Assembly (NCBI GenBank): GCA_964016885.1
Contig: OZ024747.1
Location: 57,164,001 to 57,228,000 of the forward strand
Source: Eledone cirrhosa
Taxonomy: Eukaryota
Direction of reading: 5' to 3'
DNA: 64,000 nucleotides
Under the pieces are notes generated by a model that saw only the letters and a list, made by a program, of their open reading frames with translations, was not told where the DNA came from and ran no database searches. Each line of letters starts with the position of its first letter. The stretch's first letter is position 1. Below, piece by piece: positions 39,528 through 52,942 of this stretch. Position numbers and translations under genes: made by a program.

Positions 39528-40815
39528 ATTCTCACAGCATAGCCACTGTCTGTTGAGTAAAATTGGTAAAAAATAAAGTATACATATATAGAGAATTCAG
39601 GCAATCATATCAACCTCTGTATTAGTATTTCGAGTCTTGTATTTACATTATCGATACTCACACACACACACATACATTCAACAGAAGCCACTATTCTTTA
39701 TCACATCAAATGAATTGTTTTAGATAAAATTACTGGGCAATCCTTTACTTACCAGCCTGGTCAAAACTGGCTCTGATTCTATGTAATAAAACCACCCATT
39801 TTAAAGGTCTCCAATTTAAATTAAGACTTTCCAGCATAATTTAATATGAGAACCTTACATTTCTTAGTAAAGAAATAATAATTTTAGTAAATCCCTCAAA
39901 ATTCTTCAGTAATTAAGTAAAATAGAATGTATTTCATTAGAAATACACTCGTAATACTCATTAAAATCATTAAACACACGATGTAACAACATCTGGAACT
40001 TTGATTTCAATAAGCAGATGAATTTCAATTCATTTCAAATAAAATGTTTGGTATTGTGACTGCTTCATAAAATTTTCCATGGCTGTATCAAGTTAGATTA
40101 AAACTAACTGTTTTTTTAACTATTTACTTTAAAACAATATATCTCAGGAAAGAATACATTTTATATTAACCACTAGAAGCTACATGATTTTGTCTTATAA
40201 GAACCATTTTGTTGAGTCATGATGAAACCATTACTACAGATATTTCCATATATACATACAACTACCTCAGAACGAATCTCAACAAGATGGACCTCACAAA
40301 ACTAGAAAAGACATGGCTAATTAAATAATTATAATTACAAGCTATTAATGGAATTGTAAAGAATATATAAACCATTCCAGAGGTTTAGGCAGTAGAATGT
40401 AGACATAGAAACTATACATATACAAACATAAACAAACATTTGTATGTTACACAGACACAAGTCAAAACGTACTGCTTCAGATTGGCTTCAACATATAAAC
40501 ATATACTTTCATGTGCAGGTATATAAAAACACATACACACTTCTGTCCATCCATCCACACACACACACTTCCGTATATACATTGAGAACTTACTTATAGA
40601 TATCTAATATTACATTTTTTTTATTGAATTTCTGAGGACAAATCATACACCAAAGAAAAAATGTATAAGTGCATACATAAAAATTTAAAGAACTGAAAAG
40701 AAAAATTATATATATATATACATATATAATATATATACATAGATGTATATATATATAAGCATATATATATATATATTATATATATATCATATATATATAA
40801 TCATATATATATGAT

Positions 40816-40847
<32 letters not shown>

Positions 40848-41417
40848 CATATATATATTATATATATATATATATATTATATATATATAATCATATATAT
40901 ATATATATAATCATATATATATATATTATATATATATCATATATATATATATATATAATCATATATATATTATATATATATCATATATATATATATATAT
41001 AATCATATATATATATTATATTATATATCATATATATATATATAATCATATATATATAATATATATATTATATATATATCATATATATATATATAATCAT
41101 ATATATATTTATATTATATATATATCATATATATATTATATATATATCATATATATTATATATATATCATATATATATATATCAAATATATATATCATAT
41201 ATATATATATCAATATATATATCAAATATATATATGTGTGTGTGTGTGTAATATGTATGTATATAAAGGAAACATGAAAACATTTAAAAGAAATTATAAT
41301 AAATAAAAAAAAATTAAAATATATAAAAGAATATACTAACAAATAAACAACAACATTGCAATTTTAGATTTGCATATTATATTTTCTCTTGCTTTTTATT
41401 TTCTGTTTCAGGAAATG

Positions 41418-41453
<36 letters not shown>

Positions 41454-42030
41454 TTGAAATAAAATAAAAAAATTGTTTGCGGCAATAATGTATTTTATTC
41501 ACTGCCAAATAATGATTTTACAGACTTGTAATTTTCCACAGAAGAAACCAGAATTGATTTTTAACCAAAGAATTATATATATTGGCAAAGAATGGCATCA
41601 ATTGTCTCTTTTTATGTTTTGTTATTTTTGTTTTTCTATGAGAGTATATGTTTTTGTTGTTGAAATTTTATTATTTCTTTTATATTTTATTTTATTTTTA
41701 TTTTATTATTAGTTACTATTTTTTATATATATTTTATTTTTACTTCTTATATTCTATTTTTTTATCTTTGTAGTATTATTTTATCTTTATTTTTTCTTCG
41801 TAGTTTCTAAATGATTTATTATTCAATATGACATATTAGATATATTGTAACTTGATATAGGAGAGTGAGAGAGGGAGAGGGGCAGACAGATTGAGAAAGT
41901 GATTGAGAGACATAGAGAGGAAGAAAAATATAGAGAAAAAGATAGAAAGAATAGGTGAGAGAGAGAGATAGAGGCAGAGAGACTGAGAAAGTGATTGAGA
42001 GATACAGTGTGAGAAAATAGAGATAAAGAT

Positions 42031-42063
<33 letters not shown>

Positions 42064-42239
42064 GTGATTGAGAGATAGAGAGGGTTAAAACGACAGAAAG
42101 GAGAGAGGGAGCTGGTTGATTGGTTAGTATGTCTGATCTTTGAATCAACCAAGAGTAATAGTTTGTTTATTGTTTTTGTTTAGCCCTAGGACAAATCTGA
42201 TTGAACAAACCAATGGTTAAAGACAAACCAAACATTTTT

Positions 42240-43330
42240 CAACAGTTTTTCCGTGTGCTATTGACTAATCCTTCCACCAAGATGCTTGCAGTTGACTAAA
42301 CAACAAATATGACTTCAACTGCAATCAGAAATGACTACCTTTGTAAATGGCATTTCCACCCACTTCCACCCTCTTTTTTCTACAAAGCTAGTCATTTTCG
42401 ACAAGTCTCCATGTCATATTCATTGATAATATGTGCAAAAAATAGTCAATTGTGAGCACCTTTGATGTCAAATTGGGTGGTAGGCACACAAAAAAAAAAC
42501 AGGAAGAAAATGTTTCACACAGAACAATAGCATGATGTGATGTAGTAGTTTGGCATTCTGTGGTTTGGCTTGGTGTTGTTTGGTATGGTTTGGTGTAGTT
42601 TGGTATGGTGTGGTTTGGTTTGGTGAAGTGACATAGAAACCAATAGTAAATGATAGGTTTTCATGATATATTCATTGATAATGTGTGAGAAAAAGGTCAA
42701 TTGCAAGCACCTTTGATGTCATATTGGGTGGTAACCACACAAAAAAATGATGTCAATATCATGGTATGATGTAAATGGTAGGAGTAGGTGTTCTCCAATA
42801 AATTTATATTGATATGATGTAGTATGGTATAGTTTGGGGTAGTTTAATGTGGTGTGGTCTGCTTTATTATAATGTGTTTCTCTATAAAGTAAGGACTTTA
42901 ATTACCACTTTGAATCAAGTCAGAAAAACATCTTTCCTCTGTTTTTTCCATGTGCTATTAACCAATCCAACTGCCAAGATGCTTGCAGTTGACTAAACAA
43001 CAAATATGAATTGCACTCCAATCAAAAATGACTAGCTTTGTAAATGGTATTTCCACCCACTTCCACCCTCTTTTTTCTACAAAGCTAGTCATTTTCAACA
43101 AGTCTCCGTGTCATATTCATTGATAATATGTGCAAAAAATAGTCAATTGTGAGCACCTCTGATGTCAAATTGGGTGGTAGGCACACAAAAAAAAACAAAA
43201 AAAACAGGAATAAAATTTTTCACATTGAGATCAATAGCATGGTGTAATGTAGTATGTTGTTTGGTATGGTGGGGTTTGGTTTGGTGTAGTTTGGTATGGT
43301 GAGGTTTGGTTTGGTGAAGTTATGACATGG
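42240..43330. repeat. Direct duplication, period about 700 bp
   Basis: CCAAGATGCTTGCAGTTGACTAAACAACAAATATGA...TCCACCCACTTCCACCCTC...GGGTGGTAGGCACACAAAAA at ~42277 and ~42974; partial third copy at ~42665. Confidence 0.8.
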
Positions 43331-43734
43331 AAACCTATCGTAAATTTACCAGGATATGGTATCATCTGGTTTGGTGTTGTGTAGGTTAGTGTGGTGTGTT
43401 GTGTTATTGTGTTGTATGGTATAGCGTGATTCTCTCTAACTTAAAATCTTTAAAATATAATGCCTATCTTCTATAGCTGGATTAATGTTAGATTTCTGGA
43501 TTAATGTTAGATTCTGGATTAATGTTAGATTTAGGATTAGTGTTAAGGTAAGTTTTACAGTTAATGGTAAGTTTATTGTTAGTGACTGTGTTACTGTTAG
43601 TGTTATTGTTAGCATTACTGTAACTATTATTCTTAGAGTTGCTGTTAGCGTTTGTGTTAGCGCCACTCTTTGCATCAATGCATTTGCATAAGCATCTATG
43701 TAAGCTAGTGTTTATATAGAGTTTGTGTTAACAT

Positions 43735-44080
43735 GGAGGCACATGGCTTAGTGGTTAGAGCATTGGCCTTGCAAACGAAAGGTTGTAAGTTCAATTCTCA
43801 GACCGGGTGATGTGTTGTTTCCTTGAGCAAGACACTTTATTTCACATTGCTCCAGTTTACTCAGCTGTAGAAATGAGATGATAGGGACTGGGGTCCATAT
43901 CATTCCACTGCAAAGTGGTCGTGGAGGTGCCACGGCAAAAAAAGCACCCAGCACTCACTGTAAATGAGGTTGGTGTTAGGAAGGGCATCCAGCTGTAGAA
44001 ATCAAGCCAGAATCAGTTCCCGTCCCACCCTTGCAAGCAGGGAAAAAGCGGATGTAAAATGAAATGATGATGATGATGAT
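43735..44080 (+). mobile_element. SINE family 1
   Basis: Matches 9971-10319; splits a hexamer-like low-complexity array (43480-44840). Confidence 0.9.
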
Positions 44081-44914
44081 CTGCGTTAATGTTTGCATTA
44101 GCTTTAGCGTTTGCATCAGTGTCAGCATCTACGTCAGCGTTTGCGTCAACATCTGCGTTTGTGATAGCAATTGCATCAGTGTCTGCCTTAGCGTCAGTGT
44201 CTCAATTAGTGTTTGCATCAGTGTCTGCGTCCGTGTTTGCGTCAGTGTCTGCATTAGCATTTGCGTAAGTGTCTTCGTTAGTGTTTGTATCAGTATCTGC
44301 GTTACTGTTTGTATCAGTGTCTGAGTTAGCATTTGCGTCAGTGTCTTCATTAGTATTTGCGACAACCTTTCCCTTTAGCGTCTGTGTCAGCGTTTGCATC
44401 AGCATATACGTCTGCCTCAGCATTTGCATCAGCGTTAGCATGTGCATCAGCGTTTGCATTAGCTCAGTGGTTCCATCAACCTTTCCGTTGGCATCTGGGA
44501 AGCCTAAACAACATCAGCGTTTGCCTTTGCCTCAGCAAATTTGTGTCAGCGTAAACGTTGGCGGCATGCCCGCGTCAGCATTTGCCTTAGCATCAGTGTT
44601 TACATCAGTGTCGGCGGTTATGTCTCTCTCTCTCAGCATATGCATCAGCGTTAGCATTAGCATTTGCGTTTGCATTAGCGTCCGCATTGGCATTGCGTTG
44701 GATATCGGCTTCGGCGTCGGGGTAAATGCTGGCGGTGCTATCAGCGTCTGCGTTAGCGTCTGCCTTAGCGTCTGCATAAGCTTTTGCGATAGCATCAGCA
44801 TTTGCGTCAGCGTTCCCTATAGCATCTGTGTCAATGTTAACAATACACATGTAGCATCCACATGTGATGAGGAGGGGGAGACAGTGTTCAACTAATTTTA
44901 ACATTACATGTAGC

Positions 44915-45425
44915 ATCCATCTACAGGTCATTAAGTTAAGACAGAGGTGTAATATCTATAGGTCACTAAGTTAAGTCAGAGGTGTAATCTTATCTATAAG
45001 TCACTAATATAAGACAGGTGTAGCCACATCTATATGTCATTAGTTTAAAACTGCACTGAGAGCATATCTATATGTCATTAATTTATTGGCAGTATCGGTA
45101 GAGGGTCGGACGCCATGCTTTCCAGCATAGTTATGTCCCTTTACGATCTGAGTTCAAATCCCGCCGAGGTTGACTTTGCCTTTTATCCTTACGGGGTCGA
45201 TAAAAAAATAAAGTACCAGTAATGCACTGGGTAATTGCTGGCCTTGTGCCTAAAGTAGAAACAATTAATTTAAGACTGAATTGAAATTATATCTATAGGT
45301 CATTAATGTAAAATTGAATTGAGGTCATTAATTTAAGACTGAGTGTAATCATATCAAGAGGTCAATTTAAAACTACACTGTGATCATATCAAGAGGTCAA
45401 TTTAAAACTACACTGTGATCATGCC
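44915..45425. repeat. About 35-bp degenerate minisatellite interrupted by a SINE
   Basis: Recurrent ATCTATAGGTCATTAA(G/T)TTAAGAC..; exact tandem ATCATATCAAGAGGTCAATTTAAAACTACACTGTG x2. Confidence 0.7.
45100..45267 (+). mobile_element. SINE family 2
   Basis: B-box GAGTTCAAATCCC plus conserved body. Confidence 0.75.
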
Positions 45426-45457
45426 TTAAAATGATGGTCAATGAAGTGTTTACTTAC

Positions 45458-45505
45458 TCAGATCCATTGAAATAACTTTCTTTCTCTTACTGTAACTGGA
45501 CATAC
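45458..45505 (-). CDS. Candidate 48-nt host exon (xMSSYSKRKKVISMDL)
   Basis: Minus-strand acceptor gttttctattttgcag, donor gtaagta, symmetric phase 1-1 open frame. Confidence 0.35.
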   Translation of the reverse strand, partial: VCPVTVRERKLFQWI

Positions 45506-45794
45506 CTGCAAAATAGAAAACAGCAGTAGTAGAGTGGACAGTGGTATGGTGTAGTGTAGTGTAGGGTGGTGCAGTGTATTGTAGTGCAGTGTAGTGTACT
45601 GTAGTGTGAAGCAGTGTTATGTACAGTGGTGTAATATACTGTAGTGTAGTTTCATGTGATGCAGTGTGATACAGTTGGTGTGGTGTGGTCTTCTTCTGTG
45701 TGGTGTGGTATAATTGGTGTATGTAGTGTGGTACAGTTCATGTGATGTCATGTGATACAGTTGGTGTGGTGTTGTGTGTTACAAAAATGTTTAA

Positions 45795-46650
45795 TCTCTT
45801 TTTTTATGTGCTATCAACTAATCCGACCTCCAAGATGCTTGAAACCAACTTTTTCCTCCAAGAAAACGGAGGAGGTGAGGTGGTTTTGCCTTCCCCTGGA
45901 TTACCTCGGCGTACTTGGAATTTTCTCTACAACTTTATTTTCATACGTTATCAATGAATATGACTTCCAAACCAGTCAAAAACAACTAGCTTTGGAGTAA
46001 AAGGAGAGGGAAGGGGGAAGAGTTTCGAAGATCTACACCCACTCATGTGTCGTTGGACATAATTATTCTCGGTATTTTTCCTATATTATCAACTAATCTG
46101 ACCTCCCAGATGCTTGCAATCAACTTATTTTCCCGGGTACGGGTTTGGGAGTAATGTTTAGGGTTTAGTTTTAGGGTTGATTTAAGGTTTATGTTTAGGG
46201 TTGGGGTAATGTTTAGGGTTTAATTTTAGGGTTGGTTTAAGGTTTAATTTTAGGGTTGGGATTAAATTTAATTTTAAGTTTAATTTAGTTTTAGATTACC
46301 ATTAAGTTTTCCGAATCCCAAGAAAGAAAATTGAATCAGAGCAACTTAGAGTTGAGATTAGTTGATAGCACACAAAGGAAAACCAAAGAAAAACCATTAG
46401 AGTGTATATCTACAAAATGACAATGGTCTATCCACCCCCTTCAAACACTCCTTTTTCGAGAACAACTAATCATTTCCAACTGGTTTGTAGGTCATATTCG
46501 TTGATAACATACAAAAAAATCTTAGAGAAAACTCTGGGTGAGGTTAAACAAGAGAGGTGCACCAACCCCAGCTGTTTGCCAGGAAGAGAAAGTTGATAGC
46601 AAACATCTTGGAGTTCAGATTAGTTGAGAGCACACAAAAAAAGAGAGGAA
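45795..46650. mobile_element. Old fold-back element with TTAGGG-like centre
   Basis: About 250-bp diverged inverted arms (GTGCTATCAACTAATC...TTATCAATGAATATGAC..AAACCAGT versus its inverse); TTTAGGGTT repeats at 46140-46290. Confidence 0.65.
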
Positions 46651-47335
46651 AAAATTTGGGTGCTATGTGGTATAGTGTGTTGTGCTGTGATGTGATGTGG
46701 TGTGATGAAGTGTGGTATAGTGTGTTGCGTTGTGGTGTGATGTAGTGTGGTTTAGGGAAGTGTGGTATTAGTGTGTTGCGTTGTGGTGTGGTGTAGTATG
46801 GTGTGATGTAGTGTGGTGTAGTGAAGTGTGGTGTAGTGAAGTGTGGTGTGATGTTGTGTGGTATAGTGTGTTGTGATGTGGTGTGGTGTGGTGTGTTGTT
46901 GTGTGGTGAGGTGTGGTGCAGTGAGGTGAGGTGTGGTGGGATGCGGTGCAGTGACGTGAGGTGCAGTGAGGTGTGGTGTGGTTCTTCATCTTCTTCCTTG
47001 TCGTCGTCTTCGTCTTCATTTTATCTTCCATCTAAAAAATAAAAAAATGGAGGACATATATGTAACCAATCTCTCAAACATTTACAAAGCTCTGAGGAGA
47101 TAAATTTAATATAATGAGTGGTGTGCTCATAAACAGAGATGGCAATGCACCGTATGTTTTCGGCAGAGACTGAGGATCACCAACAGTATGAAATAGAATC
47201 TGTCAGCTTCTCTCGCTTCCTTTGCCGAAAAAAGAAGTAAGTGACCTAGTCACTACTTTAAAATGATAGCGAAAGGTTTCGAAATGTTTTTAATTAAACA
47301 TACAGTATATTGCCAAATATGCTATACATACATTC

Positions 47336-47394
<59 letters not shown>

Positions 47395-47403
<9 letters not shown>

Positions 47404-47622
47404 ATATATGTTGTTAGGAGCGAAATATCACGATAAATTAACGGAGGCATAGGCCGTCGTTATTCCCTGTAAATAATGTGCTCAAAGGGGAAGAGATCCT
47501 GAGCCCTTTAAAATATAATATGTTGAGAAGGTAACACACCAGAGAGAGATATATAGTGCGTTATCAATAATACAGGGAAATGCACTATATATCTCTCTCT
47601 GGTGTGTTACCTTCTCAACATA

Positions 47623-47631
<9 letters not shown>
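47395..47631. repeat. TA-embedded element with a terminal fold-back (47510-47631)
   Basis: AAAATATAATATGTTGAGAAGGTAACACACCAGAGAGAGATATATAGTGC and its exact inverse; same family as 49863-50236. Confidence 0.8.
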
Positions 47632-47663
<32 letters not shown>

Positions 47664-47801
47664 TTATATATATATATATACATCATCAGCATCATCATCA
47701 TCACCGTTTTACATCCGTTCTTCCACGCTAGCATGGGTTAGACAGGTTAGATGGGTTAGACACACATAATATATATATATATATATATATATACATACAT
47801 A

Positions 47802-48015
47802 CTGTAGAAATGAGATGATAGGGACTGGGGACAATATCATCCCACTGCAAAGTGGTCATGGAGGTGCCACAGCAAAAAAGCACCCAGCACTCACTGTAAA
47901 ATGAGGTTAGTGTTAGGAAGGGCATCCAGCTGTAGAAATCAAGCCAGAATCAGTTCCCGTCCCAGCTTTGCAAGCAGGGAAAAAGTGGACATGAAAAGAA
48001 ATGATGAAAATGATG

Positions 48016-48016
<1 letters not shown>
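47802..48016 (+). mobile_element. SINE family 1, 5'-truncated
   Basis: Starts at CTGTAGAAATGAGATGATAGGGACTGG; tail intact. Confidence 0.85.
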
Positions 48017-48073
<57 letters not shown>

Positions 48074-48295
48074 ACAGGGAGAAAGAGACAATTATTAGAA
48101 AGAAAAATTCATTTTTTTTCCTTTTTTGTTTCTCTCTCTCTTTTTTCTGGGTTAGAAAATGATTAAAAGGAAATGTTTTACTTTGTGTGAAGTGTTAAGG
48201 TATTAGTTTATTTATTTATTATTTAACAATGGCATTTATTTATATATACATACATATATATATATACATACATATACATATATATATATACATAC

Positions 48296-48330
<35 letters not shown>

Positions 48331-48546
48331 CATATATATACATATATATACATATATATACATACATTTATATATATACATACATTTATATATACATACA
48401 TTTATATATATATACATACATTTATATATACATACATTTATATATATATATACATACATTTATATATATATATGTACATACATTTATATACATATATATA
48501 TATACATACATATATATATATACATACATATATATATATACATACA

Positions 48547-48750
48547 TATGGTGGCTGCCAACTCGTTTTCGAGTACGGCACTACTTTATATCCATGTAGG
48601 AGAACCCCTACCGATGCGCTGAATGAGTGTGACTTTTAATCCAGCCAGCGACTTGAAAACTCTGGTACAAACACTACACTTGTGACAATTATTGACACAT
48701 AGTGCTGGGCCCATGGTACCATGTGACGACAAGTGCAGAGAGATCTCTAG
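48547..48750 (-). mobile_element. 3' remnant of a zinc-finger RTE/BovB-like LINE related to 3421-6966
   Basis: Minus translation ..[18 protein letters not shown] matches RHFRSLAGLKSHIRSQHC; 3' stem-loop GCCGTACTCGAAAACGAGTTGGCAGCCACCAT matches 2932-2970. Confidence 0.75.
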
Positions 48751-48789
48751 ATATAAAGCAATGCCTGTGCCGTGAAGCTTTTATATGTT

Positions 48790-49711
48790 ACATGGCAGTG
48801 AGATGAGACCTGGGCATTGTGTGCAGAGCATATACGCAGACTGGAGAGAAACGAAGCTTGCATGCTCCGCTGGATGTGTAATAGTAATATACGTGAACGG
48901 CAAAGCATAAATGAACTAAGGGAGAAATTAGGAATAAGAGGGATCAGATGTTGTTTACTCAAGACAAGACTACGTTGGTATGGTCACGTGATGCGCATGA
49001 AAGACGACAGCTGTATAAAAAAGTGCAGGGCGATAAAAATAGACGGTAGCCACAGAGTAGGCAGAACAAAAAAACCTGGGACGACTTGATAAATTCCGAC
49101 CTTACACACTTACACCTCCCCAAGACAATGTCACTGCACCAAGATCTTTGGTGCTACACAGTTATACAGAAGACCCGCCTTGCCTAAGTACAAAGCGAAA
49201 TCTACAGTCAGTAGGCACCTCTAACAAAATACACGCCCCGTCCCACTACCCCCACCCCATCCACACCACCCTCTTAAATGTGAAGTTATGTTGGTACCAC
49301 AACATCCAACCCGAAACAATGAAGTCGTGTAGGTGTCACAACAAAAAAAAACCACAGTCCACGCTGTAATGTGGCCATGTATGTAACACGGTAAAAACCT
49401 CCCAGTACACACTGTAAACGTGGTTGGTGTTGGGAAGGGCACCCAGCCATAGAAAACCCGCCAGGTGTGTAGGTGTCACGACAAAAAAACACACAGTCCA
49501 TGCTGTAATGTGGCCGTGTAGGTAACATGGTAAAAACCTCCCAGTCCACACTGTAATCGTGGTTGGTGTTAGGAAGGGCATCCAGCCGTAGAAAACCCGC
49601 CAGACAGTCCTATACGAGCAGGACAACCAATCTTGCCTCAAGTGGGAAAACTCCCGTCCAAACACATGCAAGCGTGGAATATGGACGTTAAACGATGATG
49701 ATGATGATGAT
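48790..49711 (+). mobile_element. 5'-truncated RTE LINE (PHD-bearing family) C-terminus and 3' UTR
   Basis: CAEHIRRLERNEACMLRWMC...LRWYGHVMRM, frameshifted; duplicated 3' UTR unit as in the 25764 copy; (GAT)n tail. Confidence 0.9.
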
Positions 49712-49862
49712 ATATATATATATTATATATATATATTATATATATATATATATTATATATATAAATATATATATATTATATATATATATATTATATATAT
49801 ATATATATATTATATATATATATATTATATATATATATATATATTATATATATATATATATA

Positions 49863-50236
49863 TATGTTGAAAAGGTAACACACTAGAGATATACAGTGCG
49901 CTATCAATAAAACAGGGAAAAAACCACCAGTGTATGGAGTCTATAACCTATGAAAGGCAGACTATAGACACGATAATTAAAAATATAAATTAAAGCGTGA
50001 ATAAATACCTCTATAACAATATAACACACGTACAAAGAGATCTGTTTTGCCAGTCATTTGTAAGTCAATGTGTAAGGCATTTCAGACAACACTAAGAGAA
50101 TTTTAAAAGTGACTACGCAGCTACACTGTTTTATTGATAGCGCAACTGTATATCTCTAGTGTGTTACCTTTTCAACATATTGTATTTTAAAGAGCTCAAG
50201 ATTTCTTCTCCTTTGAGCACGTTAATTTATCGTGAT
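49863..50236. repeat. TA-embedded element with ~52-bp inverted arms
   Basis: ATGTTGAAAAGGTAACACACTAGAGATATACAGTGCGCTATCAATAAAACAG is inverse to ~50126-50181. Confidence 0.75.
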
Positions 50237-50397
50237 ATATATATATATTATATATATATATATATTATATATATATTATATATATATATTATATATATAT
50301 ATAATAGATATTATATATATATATATTATATATATTATATTATATATATTATATTATATATATATATTATATTATATATATAATATATATATATATA

Positions 50398-50580
50398 TTC
50401 ATTTCATTTCATTTTACGTCCGCTTTTCCCTGCTTGCAAGGGTGGGACGGGAACTAATTCTGGCTTGATTTCTACAGCTGGAGCAATGTGAAATAAAGTG
50501 TCTTGCACCCGGTCTGAGAATTGAACTCATAACCTTTCGATTGCAAGGCCAATGCTCTAACCACTAAGCCATGTGCCTCC
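50398..50580 (-). mobile_element. SINE family 1 with internal deletions
   Basis: Tail and head present; the middle is lost at a CTACAGCTG/CTGGAGC microhomology. Confidence 0.8.
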
Positions 50581-50640
50581 ACTATATATATTATATATAT
50601 ATATATTATATATATATATATATTATATATATATATTATA

Positions 50641-50890
50641 TAGTTATGTAATAAACAACATAAAGCAATTATTTCATTTACCAGTGGTTTCTTAAAAGCA
50701 AAAAAAATTTGCTTTCAATCATCAGAATGAAAAAATCCTGGTGCATTTATTGGCGTTGGATTTTAAAAACAAAAATATCATCTATATGAAAGTGAGGGTG
50801 GAAAAGGATGATTGAAAGCAAAATGTTTTTGCTTTTAAGAAACCACTGGTAAATGAAATAATTGCCTTTTGTTGTTTATTACATAACTAT
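50641..50890. mobile_element. Fold-back hammerhead-bearing element (arms 50641-50724 and ~50808-50890)
   Basis: TAGTTATGTAATAAACAACA...ATCATC is inverse to GATGATTGAAAGC...TGTTGTTTATTACATAACTA; flanked by (TA)n; same family as 61231-61404. Confidence 0.8.
50672..50732 (-). ncRNA. Type-I hammerhead ribozyme motif, apparently intact
   Basis: Minus: TTTCATT-CTGATGA-TTGAAAGCAAA-TTTTT-TTTGCTTTTAA-GAAACC-ACT-GGTA-AATGAAA. Stem I 7/7, stem II 11 bp, stem III 3 bp, GUA site; 10.1-11.1 is U-A rather than G-C. Confidence 0.75.
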
Positions 50891-51309
50891 TAAGCTCTGT
50901 TACCTACATAGAGCACTCTTTTTTCCTGGACTTTTCCAACTGAATTACTTCATTTATATATTATATATATATAATATATTATATACATATATTATATATA
51001 TTATTTTATATATATATATTATATTAATATATATATATATATATATATAATATATTATATTATATATATATATATATATTATATTATATAATATACATAC
51101 ATTATATATATATATTATATATATATTATATTATATTATATATATATATATTATATTATATATATATATATATTATATTATATATATATATTATATTATA
51201 TATATATATTATATTATATATATATTATATTATATATATATATATATTATATATATTATATATATATATATTATATATATATATATATATTATATTATAT
51301 ATATTATAT

Positions 51310-51351
<42 letters not shown>

Positions 51352-51656
51352 ATATATATAATATAATATATATATATTATATATATATATATTATATTAT
51401 ATATATTATATTATATATATATATATATATTATATATATATATATATATATATTAGAATTGGTGCTCTGAAATAGCTATATATATATGAATGTTTATATA
51501 GTGTATTTTGCAATACACTCTATGCTTAATTAAAAGCATTTCGAAGACCCTATTCTATTGTTATAGACTATATATACATATATTATATATATATATATAT
51601 AATATATGTATTAGAGTATATATACATATATATGTTTTAGAGTATATATACATATA

Positions 51657-51759
<103 letters not shown>

Positions 51760-52365
51760 GAATGGTTGCATGCATGTCCCATTATGATAGAAACATTATA
51801 TAGAAAAATAGATCCAATACCACTTCCACAAAAAAAAAATGAAAATAAAAAGGGAAACCTTAGAAAATATATGAAAAACTAATAATTATAAGGAAAAAGT
51901 AAGTAGTAAATATATCCTAAAAGCACAATAAAAATGTGAACAAGCATATATTTAATCATATAAAATACACAAAAATAATACATATACAAAAGTTACAAAT
52001 TTAATATATACAAAATGTACTAAAATATATACAAAAATGTAAAAGGTACAAAATTGATACATAAAAAGAATATACAAAATTTGTATAAATGAAATGAGCA
52101 AAATTTATGTATATAAAAATAAACAATAAACTTGGTAGTAATGAAGGTTTGCAGTGAAAAACACGAACAACAAAACTATGAGTGTGTAAAATTGCAATTA
52201 TATCTTAATTTGTGAAGAAAAGGCATGACTAGAAATATTTTTCCAAAATTTCATTTTCTTTCCCATTTTATAATTTATCCCGTTGTTTTACACTTTTCTC
52301 TACTTTTCTCTCCGTTCTTTTTTTTGTGTCTGACCTTTCTTTACTTTCTTTTTACATGCACACAC

Positions 52366-52442
<77 letters not shown>

Positions 52443-52466
52443 CATACATATATATATATGTATATA

Positions 52467-52611
52467 TATTCATTTATATTAAGGCTAAAAAGTGAGTCTT
52501 GTTACACTGGAGTTTTGGGTGTTTATCACAGGGTCATCAGACAAGAACTGATAAACAGGTGAAACTCCAGAATAACACGACTCACTTTTTAGTCTGAATA
52601 TAAATGAATAT
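52467..52611. mobile_element. Fold-back element centred on a degenerate hammerhead (52497-52546, minus)
   Basis: Minus TCTTGT-CTGATGA-...GTG-ATAAA-CAC..-AAAAC-TCCAGT-GTA-ACAAGA (stem I 6/6; G12 changed to A); inverted flanks. Confidence 0.6.
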
Positions 52612-52686
52612 TAAAACTCTACGTTGGTGTTGAGTACTCCTTTCTCTCAGCCCAGTATATATATATATTTATATATATATATATAT

Positions 52687-52860
52687 AGGAAAAGAGTCAG
52701 GACCCCGACGGCTGAGCTCTGGCCATTTCGACAGCTATAGCAAAACGTCCGGAGTTCAGCCGTCGGGGTCCTGATTCTTTTCCTCTTACCCACTCTACTA
52801 CCCATAGTATCAAGTACTCTGGTGCGTTATGGTCCACCTGATTCCTTACCACACTTCCTT
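52687..52860. mobile_element. Fold-back element (arms 52687-52722 and ~52748-52784) plus tail
   Basis: AGGAAAAGAGTCAGGACCCCGACGGCTGA is inverse to TCAGCCGTCGGGGTCCTGATTCTTTTCCT; related copies at ~11137 and ~56142. Confidence 0.75.
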
Positions 52861-52861
52861 C

Positions 52862-52898
<37 letters not shown>

Positions 52899-52942
52899 CA
52901 GAATAATAATAAATGAAGACATTCACATAATCAAAATATATG

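Noticed and set aside
44064-44931. Overlapping ORFs of 65-208 aa (SVCISV / QTLTQ / ADANA)
   Set aside because: Hexamer-like low-complexity array, open in several frames on both strands.
44915-45425. CRISPR-like ~35-bp periodicity
   Set aside because: Units are contiguous with no unique spacers, the context is eukaryotic and there are no cas genes.
46140-46290. Telomere or interstitial telomere
   Set aside because: Only degenerate TTTAGGGTT units inside a fold-back element; no pure (TTAGGG)n array.
46768-47031. 87-aa His/Thr-rich ORF
   Set aside because: Mostly translation of the (CACAC/CACTA) pentamer repeat; the acidic-looking frame contains a stop.
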